DNA of 64,000 nucleotides, from assembly GCA_026388545.1 (NCBI GenBank), contig JAPLJS010000114.1, positions 94,737 to 158,736 on the forward strand, in the 5' to 3' direction. Below the pieces are notes generated by a model. The model was not told where the DNA came from, did no database searches, and saw nothing but the letters and a program-made list of their open reading frames with translations. The translations under genes and the position numbers were made by a program. The DNA comes from Deltaproteobacteria bacterium. GTDB taxonomy: Bacteria; Desulfobacterota; Syntrophia; Syntrophales; UBA2185. The stretch's first letter is position 1. Every line of letters begins with the position of its first letter. Below are positions 1-10,745 of this stretch, piece by piece.

Positions 1-1
1 C

Positions 2-298
2 CGTTTCCATACCATGAATGAGATTATTGGAACGATCTGCGCTGCCATTGGTCATAAGGTGCCGCGATTGTCGTTGCCTGTCGGAGTCTCGCGCATTGTT
101 GCAGGTATAATAGAAAAAGGTGGCCATTCGATGGGTTTAAAACCCCCGGCAATACGGGCGATGATTGACAAATATACCGAAGATATCGCCATGGACGGCA
201 GCCTCATTCAAAAAGAACTGGGTTTTGTTCCCCACTATGATTTAAAGACGGGTTGGGAAGAGACGGTCAAAGAGATGCGGGAAGGCGGCGCGCTTTGA
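2..298 (+). CDS. NAD-dependent epimerase/dehydratase family protein, C-terminal part (5' end outside window)
   Basis: Frame is open to the left edge. The tail ...ELGFVPHYDLKTGWEETVKEM is typical of SDR sugar epimerase C-termini. Its stop overlaps the next gene's start (TTGA). Confidence 0.6.
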   Translation, partial: RFHTMNEIIGTICAAIGHKVPRLSLPVGVSRIVAGIIEKGGHSMGLKPPAIRAMIDKYTEDIAMDGSLIQKELGFVPHYDLKTGWEETVKEMREGGAL

Positions 299-855
299 AA
301 CGTATCTGTGATGTCTTGTTGAGTCTTCTTCTGTTATGTTTTTTATCCATCCCCATGATTCTTATTGCCTTGTTTGTTAAACTAACTTCCAAAGGCCCGG
401 CACTATACTGGTCCGACCGGGTGGGTATCAACAATACCATATTCAGAATGCCTAAGTTTCGCACGATGAGATTGGATACTCCTGAGATGGCAACCCACCT
501 GATGGATGATCCCAGTCTCTACCTGACATCCGTCGGATCATTACTCAGAAAATTCAGCCTTGACGAACTGCCGCAACTATGGAGTATATTGAAAAGTGAT
601 ATGAGTTTTATTGGGCCGAGGCCGGCCTTGTATAACCAGGATGATCTCGTTGACCTGCGGATGAAAAAAGGAATTCACAAACTTGTTCCCGGTATTACAG
701 GGTGGGCTCAGGTAAACGGCAGGGATGACATTCCGATTCCACTTAAAGTAGAATACGATGAGTATTACATGAAAAATAAAAGTATTATCCTGGATTTAAA
801 AATAGTATGGATGACAACTGTCAATGTTTTAAGAAAAAGAGGAATTAAACACTAA
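295..855 (+). CDS. Small bacterial sugar transferase (phosphoglycosyl transferase, PglC/WbaP C-terminal type)
   Basis: One N-terminal hydrophobic helix, then motifs GPRP, DELPQL and GITGWAQVNGR. The likely TTG start at 295 overlaps the upstream stop; the track ORF starts at 253. Confidence 0.85.
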   Translation: MKRICDVLLSLLLLCFLSIPMILIALFVKLTSKGPALYWSDRVGINNTIFRMPKFRTMRLDTPEMATHLMDDPSLYLTSVGSLLRKFSLDELPQLWSILKSDMSFIGPRPALYNQDDLVDLRMKKGIHKLVPGITGWAQVNGRDDIPIPLKVEYDEYYMKNKSIILDLKIVWMTTVNVLRKRGIKH

Positions 856-870
856 CCATTTGATAAAATT

Positions 871-2781
871 ATGCACCGGCAACTGAAAAATCCTAAATTA
901 TATTTGATGATTTTAAGCGATTCGCTTCTCTTTGCGATTGCGCTTACGGCAGCCTACTTATTTCGGTTTGAATTTAGATTAAGTCTGGAAGAAATCAGTC
1001 AAATTAAAACGATATTGATTTGGCTTATACCACTGAAACTTTTTATTTTCTTCGGCTTTAGTCTCTACAGCGGTATGTGGCGGTATACGAGTGTCCGAGA
1101 TTTCTGGCGATTAGCCCAGGCTTGCTTCATATCTATGCTTTTAATCATGGCGGTGATCCTCTATTTATACCGTTTTCATAATTTTTCTCGGGCTGTATTC
1201 TTAATGGATGGAATTCTGACATTTGTTCTTGCCGGTGGGTTGCGTCTCATGATCCGTGCTTATTTTACTTCCTTCCCGCCAAGCCTTAACTCCGATCGCA
1301 TGGCGGCTTTCCATAAAAGATACAAAAAACGTATCTTGATTGTCGGTGCGGGCGATGCCGGTGAAAAGATGCTTCGAGAAATATTTGAAAATAGAAACCT
1401 TGTTTATGATGTTGTGGGTTTTATTGATGATGACCTGCAGAAACAGGGCCGTTCGATTCATGGCGTTCCGGTACTGGGGATAATTGGGAAACTGCAAGAG
1501 TTGGTGGAGGAAGAAAGGATTGAAGAAATTCTCATTGCCATTCCTTCGGCCAGTGGTGAACAGATGCGGCACATCGTAGAACTCTGCAAGGGATGTGATA
1601 TTACCTACAAAACGCTGCCGGGTATTGGTGAAATTATCGATGGCCGCGTGAGCGTCAAAGTCTTACGTGACGTGAAATACGAAGATTTACTGGGACGGCC
1701 CCCCGTTCATCTGGATAGTGCGGGTATCCGAAACTATATAAGCGGACGTGTCGTGTTAATTACAGGCTGTGGTGGTTCCATCGGGTCGGAACTGTGCCGC
1801 CAGGTAATCAAGTATCAACCCCGTCAACTTATCCTTGTGGATGCGGGTGAGGCGAATCTCTTTCACATTCAGATGGAACTTCACCATGAGCTTGATTATC
1901 AAAACTGCCGGGTCATCCTGGGGCATGTGCAGGATAAGACGCTCATGCAATCGATTTTCCAAGAATTCAACCCTCAAGTAGTGTTTCACGCGGCAGCCTA
2001 CAAGCACGTGCCTATCCTGGAAAAGAATCCCTGGGAGGCAGTCACGAACAATATTATTGGAAGCAGGGTAGTTATGGGGCTGGCTGTTGAACACAACGTG
2101 GAGCGATTCGTGCTGGTTTCAACCGATAAGGCCGTGCGTCCCACAAATGTCATGGGAGCAAGCAAACGCGTAACTGAACTCCTCCTGCAATCATTCCAGG
2201 GAAACGGTACACGTTTTATGGCCGTCCGTTTTGGTAATGTGGTAGGTTCATCAGGTTCGGTGATTCCCCTGTTCCGGCGCCAGATCGAGCAGGGCGGCCC
2301 GGTTACGGTGACCCATCCCGAGGTCAATCGGTATTTTATGACCATACCTGAGGCCGCCCAGATGATCATCCAGGCAGGCGCCCTGGGGAGGGGCGGCGAG
2401 GTTTTTATTCTCAAAATGGGTACTCCTGTGAACATTGCAGACATGGCACGGGACCTGATCCGTTTATCAGGGAAAGAGCCGGATAAAGACATCAAGATCA
2501 TTTTTACCGGCCTCCGGGAGGGAGAAAAACTGTACGAAGAGCTCATTACCGTAGGGGAAGGTATTGTGCCGACGGAGCATGAAAAGATCATGGTGCTTCG
2601 GTCCGATGGGTTTTTAAATGGATTGAGAAGTGCCAGCGCTCTTCAGGAGTGGTTAAATACCGAGCTGATACCGCTTTACGATGCAGCACTGCGGCACGAT
2701 GCAAAGGCCATAAAGCGAAAACTTCAAGAAATTGTCCCCGAGTATACTCCCCACGATACGGAATCCGTCCTCGAAAAATAG
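871..2781 (+). CDS. Membrane-bound polysaccharide biosynthesis protein, CapD/WbpM/PglF-like UDP-sugar 4,6-dehydratase
   Basis: 636 aa with four N-terminal TM helices and two Rossmann motifs (VGAGDAGE, ITGCGGSIGSEL). Also has an SDR catalytic region (YKHVP, STDKAV). Confidence 0.9.
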   Translation: MHRQLKNPKLYLMILSDSLLFAIALTAAYLFRFEFRLSLEEISQIKTILIWLIPLKLFIFFGFSLYSGMWRYTSVRDFWRLAQACFISMLLIMAVILYLYRFHNFSRAVFLMDGILTFVLAGGLRLMIRAYFTSFPPSLNSDRMAAFHKRYKKRILIVGAGDAGEKMLREIFENRNLVYDVVGFIDDDLQKQGRSIHGVPVLGIIGKLQELVEEERIEEILIAIPSASGEQMRHIVELCKGCDITYKTLPGIGEIIDGRVSVKVLRDVKYEDLLGRPPVHLDSAGIRNYISGRVVLITGCGGSIGSELCRQVIKYQPRQLILVDAGEANLFHIQMELHHELDYQNCRVILGHVQDKTLMQSIFQEFNPQVVFHAAAYKHVPILEKNPWEAVTNNIIGSRVVMGLAVEHNVERFVLVSTDKAVRPTNVMGASKRVTELLLQSFQGNGTRFMAVRFGNVVGSSGSVIPLFRRQIEQGGPVTVTHPEVNRYFMTIPEAAQMIIQAGALGRGGEVFILKMGTPVNIADMARDLIRLSGKEPDKDIKIIFTGLREGEKLYEELITVGEGIVPTEHEKIMVLRSDGFLNGLRSASALQEWLNTELIPLYDAALRHDAKAIKRKLQEIVPEYTPHDTESVLEK

Positions 2782-2814
2782 CATATTCAAAAAAAGGGTC
2801 AGCGCCCAATTTTT

Positions 2815-3930
2815 ATGATTATCGGCGATCATCACACGATTAGCACAGATATCCACAACATTCTTATTATTCAATTGGGTGATATAGGGGATGTTGTCTG
2901 GGCAACACCGACACTATGGGCGGTTAAGGAAACCTATCCACAGGCCAATGTATCGGTTCTCCTTCGAGAGGGATTTGGGTGCCTTCTGGAGCCAGATCCG
3001 TCAATCTATAAAACGTTTGAAGTGAAGCGTGATCACGAAGGTCATTTGCATAATACTATTGATCAAGTACGGTTGATCAAAGAGTTGCGCCAGGAGCATT
3101 TTGACCTGGTGTTTGATCTTCGTGCCGGTGATCGCGGTGCAATTGTGGCCCGCTTAACCGGGGCTCCTATGAGGGCGTCGCTCTACTATCATGACGTTCC
3201 CTTCTGGCGAAACATGCTGTTTACCCACCTCTTAGTCGAACCTGCTCCTCCGAAGGAACGGGTCTATGGCGCCGCGGAACAGTCCCTTCGTATAATCCGG
3301 GGTTTTGGCATTGTCGCAAAAACGATGGTCCCCAGTCTCTGGGTTTCAGATCAGGTCATGATGCGGGTTTACCAGCTTTTAACTGAGTGCAACATGAAAC
3401 CTTTATCGTCCGAATCTTCCCATCGGTGGATTACCATAAATCCATTCTCGCGGTGGTCGTACAAGGAATGGGCTTATGATAAATGGGTAAGTGTTATCAA
3501 CTGGTTATGGGATGAGTTTCAATTTCCTACAGCCATTGTCGGAAGTAAAGAGGAAGGGGGAAAGGCATCCGAACTGGAGAACAAATGTTCAGGAACTGTA
3601 TACAACCTTGCCGGCAGAACAACGCTGGCTGAACTGGCCGGTGTGCTCAGTTTGGGCAGTTTTCATATTGGAGTGGATAGTGCTGCACCGCATATCGCCG
3701 CTGCTGTGGGAACGCCGACGATAATTATTTATGGTCCGTCCGATTGGCGTGATTGGGCGCCTGTAGGCAATCAACACCGAGTCGTCGTTCCTGATATGGA
3801 GTGTGTACCGTGTTATAAAAAGGGATGCGATGGGTCAGGACTAAGTCAATGCCTCGAAACCCTCGAAGTCGAAACAGTACAAAAAGTCATCCAGGAACAG
3901 ATTAGAGAGCAGGCCGCAAGTCATTGTTGA
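2815..3930 (+). CDS. Glycosyltransferase family 9 (heptosyltransferase-like)
   Basis: N-terminal ILIIQLGDIGDVVWATP and C-terminal GVDSAAPHIAAAVGTPTIIIYGP resemble RfaF/WaaC-type GT9 proteins. Confidence 0.75.
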   Translation: MIIGDHHTISTDIHNILIIQLGDIGDVVWATPTLWAVKETYPQANVSVLLREGFGCLLEPDPSIYKTFEVKRDHEGHLHNTIDQVRLIKELRQEHFDLVFDLRAGDRGAIVARLTGAPMRASLYYHDVPFWRNMLFTHLLVEPAPPKERVYGAAEQSLRIIRGFGIVAKTMVPSLWVSDQVMMRVYQLLTECNMKPLSSESSHRWITINPFSRWSYKEWAYDKWVSVINWLWDEFQFPTAIVGSKEEGGKASELENKCSGTVYNLAGRTTLAELAGVLSLGSFHIGVDSAAPHIAAAVGTPTIIIYGPSDWRDWAPVGNQHRVVVPDMECVPCYKKGCDGSGLSQCLETLEVETVQKVIQEQIREQAASHC

Positions 3931-4138
3931 AAAGGTATTTATTGTTTTGCATCTGAGCATGATAGAGAAAACGTTTTTTTAATCAAAGCCTTATCGGGCG
4001 AGACCTTTGAAAATCTACACCAAATGTCATTGCGAGGAGCGAAGCGACGTGGCAATCTCGTGGAGCTGACCATGGGGGAGATCAATGAAAGGAATAGACT
4101 GGTAGAGACCATTGAACGGGTTAAACGGTAGGAGGTAA

Positions 4139-4710
<572 letters not shown>

Positions 4711-4819
4711 AGAAATCGGGACAGCGGCCAACAGCCATAATAAATCCGGGAAAATGAGGGACTGCGCCCTTTTCCCCCCATCACCCATAACCTGCCGTGA
4801 CGCATGAGGGAGATGCAAG

Positions 4820-4990
4820 ATGAAACGCATTGTTAAGAAGTCGAATGATTTCAAAGATGCCGAGGAATGGGATATTCTTCAGCACATTAAAATGAGTCCA
4901 GAGGAAAGACAGAAGGCAGCATCGGAACTTCGAATAAGGGTTTATGGGAAAAATGCGCCGGATGTGAAAAAAGGTTGTCGAAAGAAATGA
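4820..4990 (+). CDS. Small hypothetical protein (56 aa), possible partner of the downstream nucleotidyltransferase-fold protein
   Basis: ATG at 4820. Its TGA overlaps the ATG at 4987 (ATGA coupling). Below the ORF-track length cutoff; translated by hand (MKRIVKKSNDFKDAEEWDILQH...). Confidence 0.4.
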   Translation: MKRIVKKSNDFKDAEEWDILQHIKMSPEERQKAASELRIRVYGKNAPDVKKGCRKK

Positions 4991-5496
4991 AAGCGTCCCA
5001 CTTCTCAAAGGACATACAGGATTTCATCAGGCTGCTGAACCAACACCATGTCAGGTACCTCATAGTGGGCGGCGAAGCGGTGATCTATTACGGGTACGCT
5101 CGCCTCACCGGTGACGTGGATTTCTTTTTTGAAACGACAAGAAAAAACGCACTGAATATGTTTGAGGCCCTCAAGGAATTCTGGCAGGGAGATGTTCCGG
5201 GAATCGAAGGTTTTGAAGCGCTAATGGAGCCAGGCGTAATTTTTCAGTTTGGAGTTCCTCCCAATCGCATCGATATTCTTACACATGTTGACGGTGTGAC
5301 CTTCAAAGAAGCATGGCACGGGAGGGCAACAACCAGCATGGAGATTCGCGGAGAGCAAGTCTCCATTTATTTTATCGGATTGGACGAACTCATTGCGAAT
5401 AAGAGGGCGATCAACCGTCCCAAGGATCAGGAAGATTTGAAATATCTTGTGAAGGCAAAAGAGAAATCAGGTCTCCACAGCTCTGCAAAACGCTAA
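4987..5496 (+). CDS. Nucleotidyltransferase-fold protein (toxin-like, family uncertain)
   Basis: LIVGGEAVIYYGYARLTGDVDFFF is a minimal-NTase style G-x-D-x-D region. Coupled to the upstream small ORF. The 3' end lies in the GCAAAACGCTAAATT repeat. Confidence 0.5.
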   Translation: MKASHFSKDIQDFIRLLNQHHVRYLIVGGEAVIYYGYARLTGDVDFFFETTRKNALNMFEALKEFWQGDVPGIEGFEALMEPGVIFQFGVPPNRIDILTHVDGVTFKEAWHGRATTSMEIRGEQVSIYFIGLDELIANKRAINRPKDQEDLKYLVKAKEKSGLHSSAKR

Positions 5497-5621
5497 ATTT
5501 CAAGACCTGTCCCCCAACTTCAATTCGAGGCTGCTCAAGCGGATGACGATCCCCATTGAAGGCGTGCGGCCGCTCCTGCTGTCCCCCTTTATTTCATCTC
5601 TAAAAAAGAGATAGAAATCGA

Positions 5622-5861
5622 TTGCGGTATCTCTCCCATGCTCTGACGACTGTCCTGGAAGCTGAGGGTAATGTGGTGGGGTGCATCACACAACCCGATG
5701 CAGGTATAAACACAGATTATATGCATATTTCCTCAATCTGCAAACTAAAGGGAATACCATTATTTAAGACAAGAGATGTTAACTGCACTGATGCAATGGA
5801 TTGGGCGCGCAATATGAAGCCGGACATAGTGTTAAAGGTTTTGAATAATGACGTTTTTTGA
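5622..5861 (+). pseudogene. Formyltransferase N-terminal domain fragment
   Basis: 79 aa (VVGCITQPD...GIPLFKTRDVN...MKPDIVL) resemble the N-terminal part of Fmt/ArnA-type formyltransferases. It stops about 25 nt before a solo IS end. Confidence 0.5.
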
Positions 5862-5882
5862 TGGAAACCTGTTGCATCGAAT

Positions 5883-5914
5883 ATAAAAACCGTCAGAGGT
5901 TGTGCAAAGGTCTC
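5883..5914 (+). repeat. Solo IS5-family-like terminal repeat (right-end type)
   Basis: ATAAAAACCGTCAGAGGTTGTGCAAAGGTCTC matches 33322..33353 at 31 of 32 nt. It shares the TTGTGCAAAGGTC core with the right end of the intact IS at about 50645. Confidence 0.55.
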
Positions 5915-5922
5915 AGAATGTG

Positions 5923-5966
5923 AATCCACACCTTCTTTAGTAAAAAGGGGGTGTGGATTTTTTTTA
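5923..5966 (+). terminator. Rho-independent terminator-like hairpin
   Basis: AATCCACACC (5923-5932) pairs with GGTGTGGATT (5950-5959) and is followed by a T-run. Confidence 0.6.
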
Positions 5967-6348
5967 AAGCTCTCAAAACATTTTCTAATGCGACTTTGTG
6001 AGCGTTTAAGAGTCAGGCTTAATCCATATTATGAAGCCAAAATAAGATATTTAGAACAAAGGATCAAGTCTTTCCCCGATGGACTAAATAAGTGGGCATT
6101 ATATAAATAATACTAAATATTCGGCAGGTAAATATACAAATTACAGACTTTGTAATTCCGAACGAACATGAAGAATCTTCAAGATCCCTCCTTTCGGTCG
6201 GGACAAGGATTTCTCTTTTCACGCAAAATGACAAAAAAGAGAATTATGGCACAGGCTCTACGCGGGAGTGGCAGGAAGGACGAGTATTTCAGAGGTTTTT
6301 CAATACTTATGTTGACCTAAGGTGGATTTCATTCTGTAAGGAGAAACT

Positions 6349-7047
6349 ATGACATTTAAGATGACTTTGAAGTGGATGGCGTTTTTGGTAGTCGTGCTTA
6401 TGACTGCTCAGGTGTGTGCCGAGGAGCCGCAAGTTCTGAAGACGCAAAAAGACAAGGTGAATTACGGCATCGGAGTCAGTGTAGTGAGAAACTTCAAGCA
6501 GCAGGGATTCGAGATCGACCTCGATGCTGTGGTAAAAGGCATGAAGGACGCACACTCGGGCGTAAAGCTTCTCATGACCGATGCGGAAATCCATAAAACC
6601 ATGGCCTCGTTTCAGAAGGAACTGAGGTTAAAACAGAGGCAGACCAAGATAATAGCGGCGGCTGATAACAAAAAAGAAGGGGACGCCTTTCTGGCTGAGA
6701 ATAAGAAGAAGGTAGGCGTGGTGACCCTACCGAGCGGGCTACAGTATATAGTCCTCAAGGCGGGAGATGGCAAGAAGCCGACAGACGCAGACACGGTAGA
6801 GTGTCACTACCGGGGCACCCTCATCGATGGGACCGAATTCGACAGCTCTGATCGCAGCAAGCAACCCGCAACCTTCACGGTCACAGGGGTCATCCCCGGC
6901 TGGCGGGAAGCGCTGAAGCTCATGCCTATGGGTTCGAAATGGCAGCTCTTCATTCCTCCTCAGCTCGCGTATGGAGAGCGGGGATCTGGCAGTATCGGGC
7001 CGAACGCGACACTCATCTTTGAGCTGGAACTCCTTGCCGTCAAGTGA
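6349..7047 (+). CDS. FKBP-type peptidyl-prolyl cis-trans isomerase (Mip/FkpA-like), secreted
   Basis: Signal peptide, Mip-like N-terminal helix region and an FKBP domain (YRGTLIDGTEFDSS...GVIPGWREAL...IPPQLAYGERG). AGGAG RBS upstream. Confidence 0.9.
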   Translation: MTFKMTLKWMAFLVVVLMTAQVCAEEPQVLKTQKDKVNYGIGVSVVRNFKQQGFEIDLDAVVKGMKDAHSGVKLLMTDAEIHKTMASFQKELRLKQRQTKIIAAADNKKEGDAFLAENKKKVGVVTLPSGLQYIVLKAGDGKKPTDADTVECHYRGTLIDGTEFDSSDRSKQPATFTVTGVIPGWREALKLMPMGSKWQLFIPPQLAYGERGSGSIGPNATLIFELELLAVK

Positions 7048-7190
7048 TGTGAGGTTAGCCGTGCGGCTGTCGGGCGGAATTGCAATTGTAAATTGTTCAT
7101 GCCAAGAAAATGAACGCAAGAGATTCTTCGGTTTTTCAAAAGTCTCAAAATGGGAATAACTTGAGAACGGGAAAAGGCAGGGAGTCAGGG

Positions 7191-7868
7191 ATGTTCGCAA
7201 ATATCATCAAACATATATCGGGGATCACCGTGTTGTTTGGCTTCCTGATCCTCTCTCTCGTGCTGACATCTTCCTCCCTTGCCGATGTGTACAGGTATGT
7301 CGACGAGAATGGGGTCATCCATCTGACCAATGTACTCATGGGCCCCCGGTTCAAGGTCTTGATCAAAGAGAGGCCGGATAATAATTTTAAACAGGGACGT
7401 GATTTAGGGACGTACGATGAACTGATCGCCGGGGCGGCCGGTAAATACGGTGTGGATATCTCCCTGGTGAAAGCTGTCATCAAGGCTGAATCAAATTTCA
7501 ACCATAAAGCAGTTTCGAGAAAAGGCGCCAGAGGACTCATGCAGCTCATGCCTCAGACAGCCATAGCTCTTGGCGTGAGCGACTCCTTCCATCCCGGGGA
7601 TAATATCGACGGTGGTATTCGTTACCTTTCCTCCCTGATCGGTCTCTACAACGGTGACCTGCTGCTGGCGCTTGCTGCCTATAATGCCGGCGAAGGAGCT
7701 GTTGCCAAGTACCGGGGTATTCCGCCTTATGCCGAGACCCGTACCTATGTCCGCTGTGTCCTGGATCATTACAAGCGATACAAAAAAGAGTCAAAGACCA
7801 CGGCTACTGTATTGGTAAAACAGCCTCAATCGGAAGAGAGCCAGACTTATTCTCTTCATTCATTTTGA
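7191..7868 (+). CDS. Lytic transglycosylase (DUF4124-like N-terminus + SLT domain)
   Basis: VYRYVDENGVIHLTN, then the SLT motif AVIKAESNFNHKAVSRKGARGLMQLMP...AYNAG. ATG at 7191 follows GGAG; the track ORF starts at 7110. Confidence 0.85.
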   Translation: MFANIIKHISGITVLFGFLILSLVLTSSSLADVYRYVDENGVIHLTNVLMGPRFKVLIKERPDNNFKQGRDLGTYDELIAGAAGKYGVDISLVKAVIKAESNFNHKAVSRKGARGLMQLMPQTAIALGVSDSFHPGDNIDGGIRYLSSLIGLYNGDLLLALAAYNAGEGAVAKYRGIPPYAETRTYVRCVLDHYKRYKKESKTTATVLVKQPQSEESQTYSLHSF

Positions 7869-7871
7869 TCA

Positions 7872-10142
7872 TCACTTTGCCGACGGCTTGACACCCTCCT
7901 GTTTCTGCTGCTTTTCCTTGATTAGCTCTTCCTTCTTTATCCTACCTTTGCTTGATTCGGACATTTTGTCAACAAGCTCCGAGGATATGTCCTTTGCCTC
8001 TTTCTGGTTTTTAATCACGTGGGGTGTCAGCAGGATAATGATTTCCTGTCTTTTTGTTTCGTCTTCAGTATAACCGAATAGCCACCCGAGGATCGGTATT
8101 TTGGACAGGAGCGGTATACCTGATCTTGATTTTGACGTGTCTTCCCGAATGAGTCCGCCAATAACAATCGTCTGGTTATCCTGTACGACAAGATCCGTTG
8201 TCACATCGGTCTTGTTAAGGAGAATCTGAGATTCACCGGAAAGTGTGATAGTCTCGTAGTTTGAGATTTCCTGATAAAGCTCAAGAGAAACAAGGCCGCC
8301 CGCGTTAATCCGGGGTTTTACCTTCAAAATGATACCGATGTCCCGGTATTGAAAGTTTCGCTGGGGGGAAACACCGGGTGTGCCATAGGTTTCTGAGGTC
8401 ATGAGAGGGACCTGCTGACCGACCTGGATCTTTGCCTCTCTGTTGTCCGAGACGAGTATATGTGGAGCCGCCAATACCTTGGCTTTCGCCTCGGTGGCGA
8501 GGGCTGTGATGAGGGCTCTCACGGCGCCCGCAGCGTCGACGCCGATAAAAGTGAATCCCGTCATAGATAGTTTGTTCGGATCTACATTCAGGGCATTGGG
8601 ATTTAGTATAAACTTAGAGTCAAGATTCAACACATTACCTTTAAAAAGGGCAGAAATGCCGAAGCTGAGGTTGTCCGTGAGCGATACGGAAGCTACCATG
8701 CCCTCGATAACCACCTGCCTCGGAATGACATCGATCTCTTCGATAGTTTTTTTGATGGCGGCATAGTCTTCCGGTGTAGACAGAACTATGACGGTATTCG
8801 TGATTTCATCGGGGATGATTCTCGTGAAATCGGCAACGATGGCTTCTCCGCCGGTCGATATCGTTGAAACCTGTGGCTGTGAAGAAATCGCAGGGAAAGG
8901 AGATGGTGATGATTGAGCGGCTTGAGGCGCCGAGCCTGTTCTGGAAGGGGCGGAGGCCCTTTCCGGCGCAGACGTTTTACTGCCCAGGAATATCTGCTGT
9001 AAAAGCGAGGCGATATCTTTTGCCTTGCTGTTCTGGACTTGATAGACAAATACCTGAGGTTTTCTCTGCTTGAGTTTTTCGTTGTCAAAAATCTCGATAA
9101 GTTTGAGCATACGCTTTACATTGGCATCGGTATCCACGATAATGATCTGATTGCCCTTCGGCACGTCAATGAGGACGGCATTATTCGAAGAAAAGGGTGT
9201 AATAAGTTTGAGGACTTCTGATGACTGGACGTAGGTGATCGGTACCACCTGAAGCAAGGACTTTCCTGTTATCAGGATCTTCTCCGGATCCCGGCCGAAA
9301 CTGACGGGCGAAGGTTCCTTGGAGATGTCACTGATTGGGACAATCCTGTAAAGACCATTGTCCTCAACAATCCCAATGCCGTTGAGCCTCAGGATGACTT
9401 CCATCAAGGGCAGCACATTATCCATGGGAACGGGTGCAACGGCCCTGAAAGTAACTCTTCCTTTCACACGTGGATCAACCACGTAGTTGACCCTCAGCGC
9501 CTCGCCAAAGATAGTCTGGATGATCGTGTACACATCAGCATCATCGAAATTCAAGATGAACTGGCCTCTGCGGGGGACCGGGATAGCCGCGGGTTGCATC
9601 GCAGGAGGAGCAGGTTGCACCACAGGAACCGAAGGTTGCATCGCAGGAAAAGGAGGTTGCCCGGCGGGCGGCTGTCTCATGCCCGGAGGTAACAGTGGAC
9701 TCTGTTGCGGCTGCTGACCTGGTGGCATGGCGGTCTGCGGGGGCTTGCCCACAACGGGTTTGACCGGTTTAATTTGTTTCGGCGGCACTTCATTTTTCAA
9801 TGGCTCCGCAGGCATCTTTGCTGCAGGCTGCGGGAATGTTCCCTGCGGCGTCGAGATAGTTGTTGGCTGGGTCTTTGAAGGTTGTGTATCAGAAGATTTT
9901 GAAGGAATTAATTCCAGCGAAGGGGAAAACGGCTGTTGCCCTGGCTTCACATCGGTCTGATCTGTCTTTTGATCTTGCGATTGCGCCTGCGCCCAACAGC
10001 ATACTTCTGTGCCGGGTATAGGCACGAGTAAGCTTACACTACTTAAGGAAAGAATGAATGCAGTCTGCCAAATCAAGAAGGACTGTCGAGTAAACAAAAT
10101 ACCCCCAAAATTTCTTTCTGTCCAGAGTCTTAAAACCTGCAT
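7872..10142 (-). CDS. gspD: Type II secretion system secretin GspD with long Pro/Gln-rich N-terminal spacer
   Basis: N0/N1-like domains and a C-terminal secretin domain (PHILVSDNREAKIQVGQQVP...IPLLSKIPILGWLF...LLTPHVI). Starts 4 nt after the gspG stop. Confidence 0.9.
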   Translation of the reverse strand: MQVLRLWTERNFGGILFTRQSFLIWQTAFILSLSSVSLLVPIPGTEVCCWAQAQSQDQKTDQTDVKPGQQPFSPSLELIPSKSSDTQPSKTQPTTISTPQGTFPQPAAKMPAEPLKNEVPPKQIKPVKPVVGKPPQTAMPPGQQPQQSPLLPPGMRQPPAGQPPFPAMQPSVPVVQPAPPAMQPAAIPVPRRGQFILNFDDADVYTIIQTIFGEALRVNYVVDPRVKGRVTFRAVAPVPMDNVLPLMEVILRLNGIGIVEDNGLYRIVPISDISKEPSPVSFGRDPEKILITGKSLLQVVPITYVQSSEVLKLITPFSSNNAVLIDVPKGNQIIIVDTDANVKRMLKLIEIFDNEKLKQRKPQVFVYQVQNSKAKDIASLLQQIFLGSKTSAPERASAPSRTGSAPQAAQSSPSPFPAISSQPQVSTISTGGEAIVADFTRIIPDEITNTVIVLSTPEDYAAIKKTIEEIDVIPRQVVIEGMVASVSLTDNLSFGISALFKGNVLNLDSKFILNPNALNVDPNKLSMTGFTFIGVDAAGAVRALITALATEAKAKVLAAPHILVSDNREAKIQVGQQVPLMTSETYGTPGVSPQRNFQYRDIGIILKVKPRINAGGLVSLELYQEISNYETITLSGESQILLNKTDVTTDLVVQDNQTIVIGGLIREDTSKSRSGIPLLSKIPILGWLFGYTEDETKRQEIIILLTPHVIKNQKEAKDISSELVDKMSESSKGRIKKEELIKEKQQKQEGVKPSAK

Positions 10143-10146
10143 TTCA

Positions 10147-10578
10147 TTATTTCCAGCTTACTACGTCCTGGTCCTCTCCCTCGCCACCAAGAGCACCGTC
10201 CCTGCCATAAGAAAAGAGGTCATATTCCCCGTGTGTACCGGGACACTGGTAATTATAGGCTCTTCCCCACGGGTCATTGGGAAGTTCTTTCTTGAGATAA
10301 GGTCCATCCCATTTTTCGACACCGGGATTGACCGTGAGCGCGTTTAACCCCTCCTGTGTTGTAGGATACCTTCCCACATCAAGCCGAAACTGATCCAATG
10401 TCTGACCAAGAAGTTCTATCTGCGCTTTCGTTGCCGACTGCTTGCCTTTGCCGAGTTTCGGAAAAAGGCGGGGTCCAACGAGGGCGGCGATAAGACCGAT
10501 GATCACCATGACGACAAGAATTTCCACAAGCGTGAACCCTTTTTTGTTGGGCTTCCAGTGAATATGGCGCCGGATCAT
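10147..10578 (-). CDS. gspG: Type II secretion major pseudopilin GspG
   Basis: Prepilin motif KG|FTLVEILVV, then the GspG core (QIELLGQTLDQFRLDVGRYPTTQEGLNAL...DPWGRAYNY...LFSYGRDG). ATG at 10578 has an AGGAA RBS. Confidence 0.9.
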   Translation of the reverse strand: MIRRHIHWKPNKKGFTLVEILVVMVIIGLIAALVGPRLFPKLGKGKQSATKAQIELLGQTLDQFRLDVGRYPTTQEGLNALTVNPGVEKWDGPYLKKELPNDPWGRAYNYQCPGTHGEYDLFSYGRDGALGGEGEDQDVVSWK

Positions 10579-10745
10579 AGATATTCCTTGGGTGAATGAA
10601 AATTTCTTTGTCGGGTATTCGATGCAAGTCAAGCAGAGATTCTAATCTACCGCCCTATAAGAATATTTTTTTCTTTTATTTGCAACGAAAAATTTCAATA
10701 TGGATATATTGTATCATATAAATAGCTTATTTGTTTAGTAATATT

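Noticed and set aside
3990-4010. GAGACCTTTG-type short matches (3990, 29803, 49100) as additional degenerate IS ends.
   Set aside because: Only about 10-12 nt match the IS terminal repeat, which is too short to distinguish from chance by eye.
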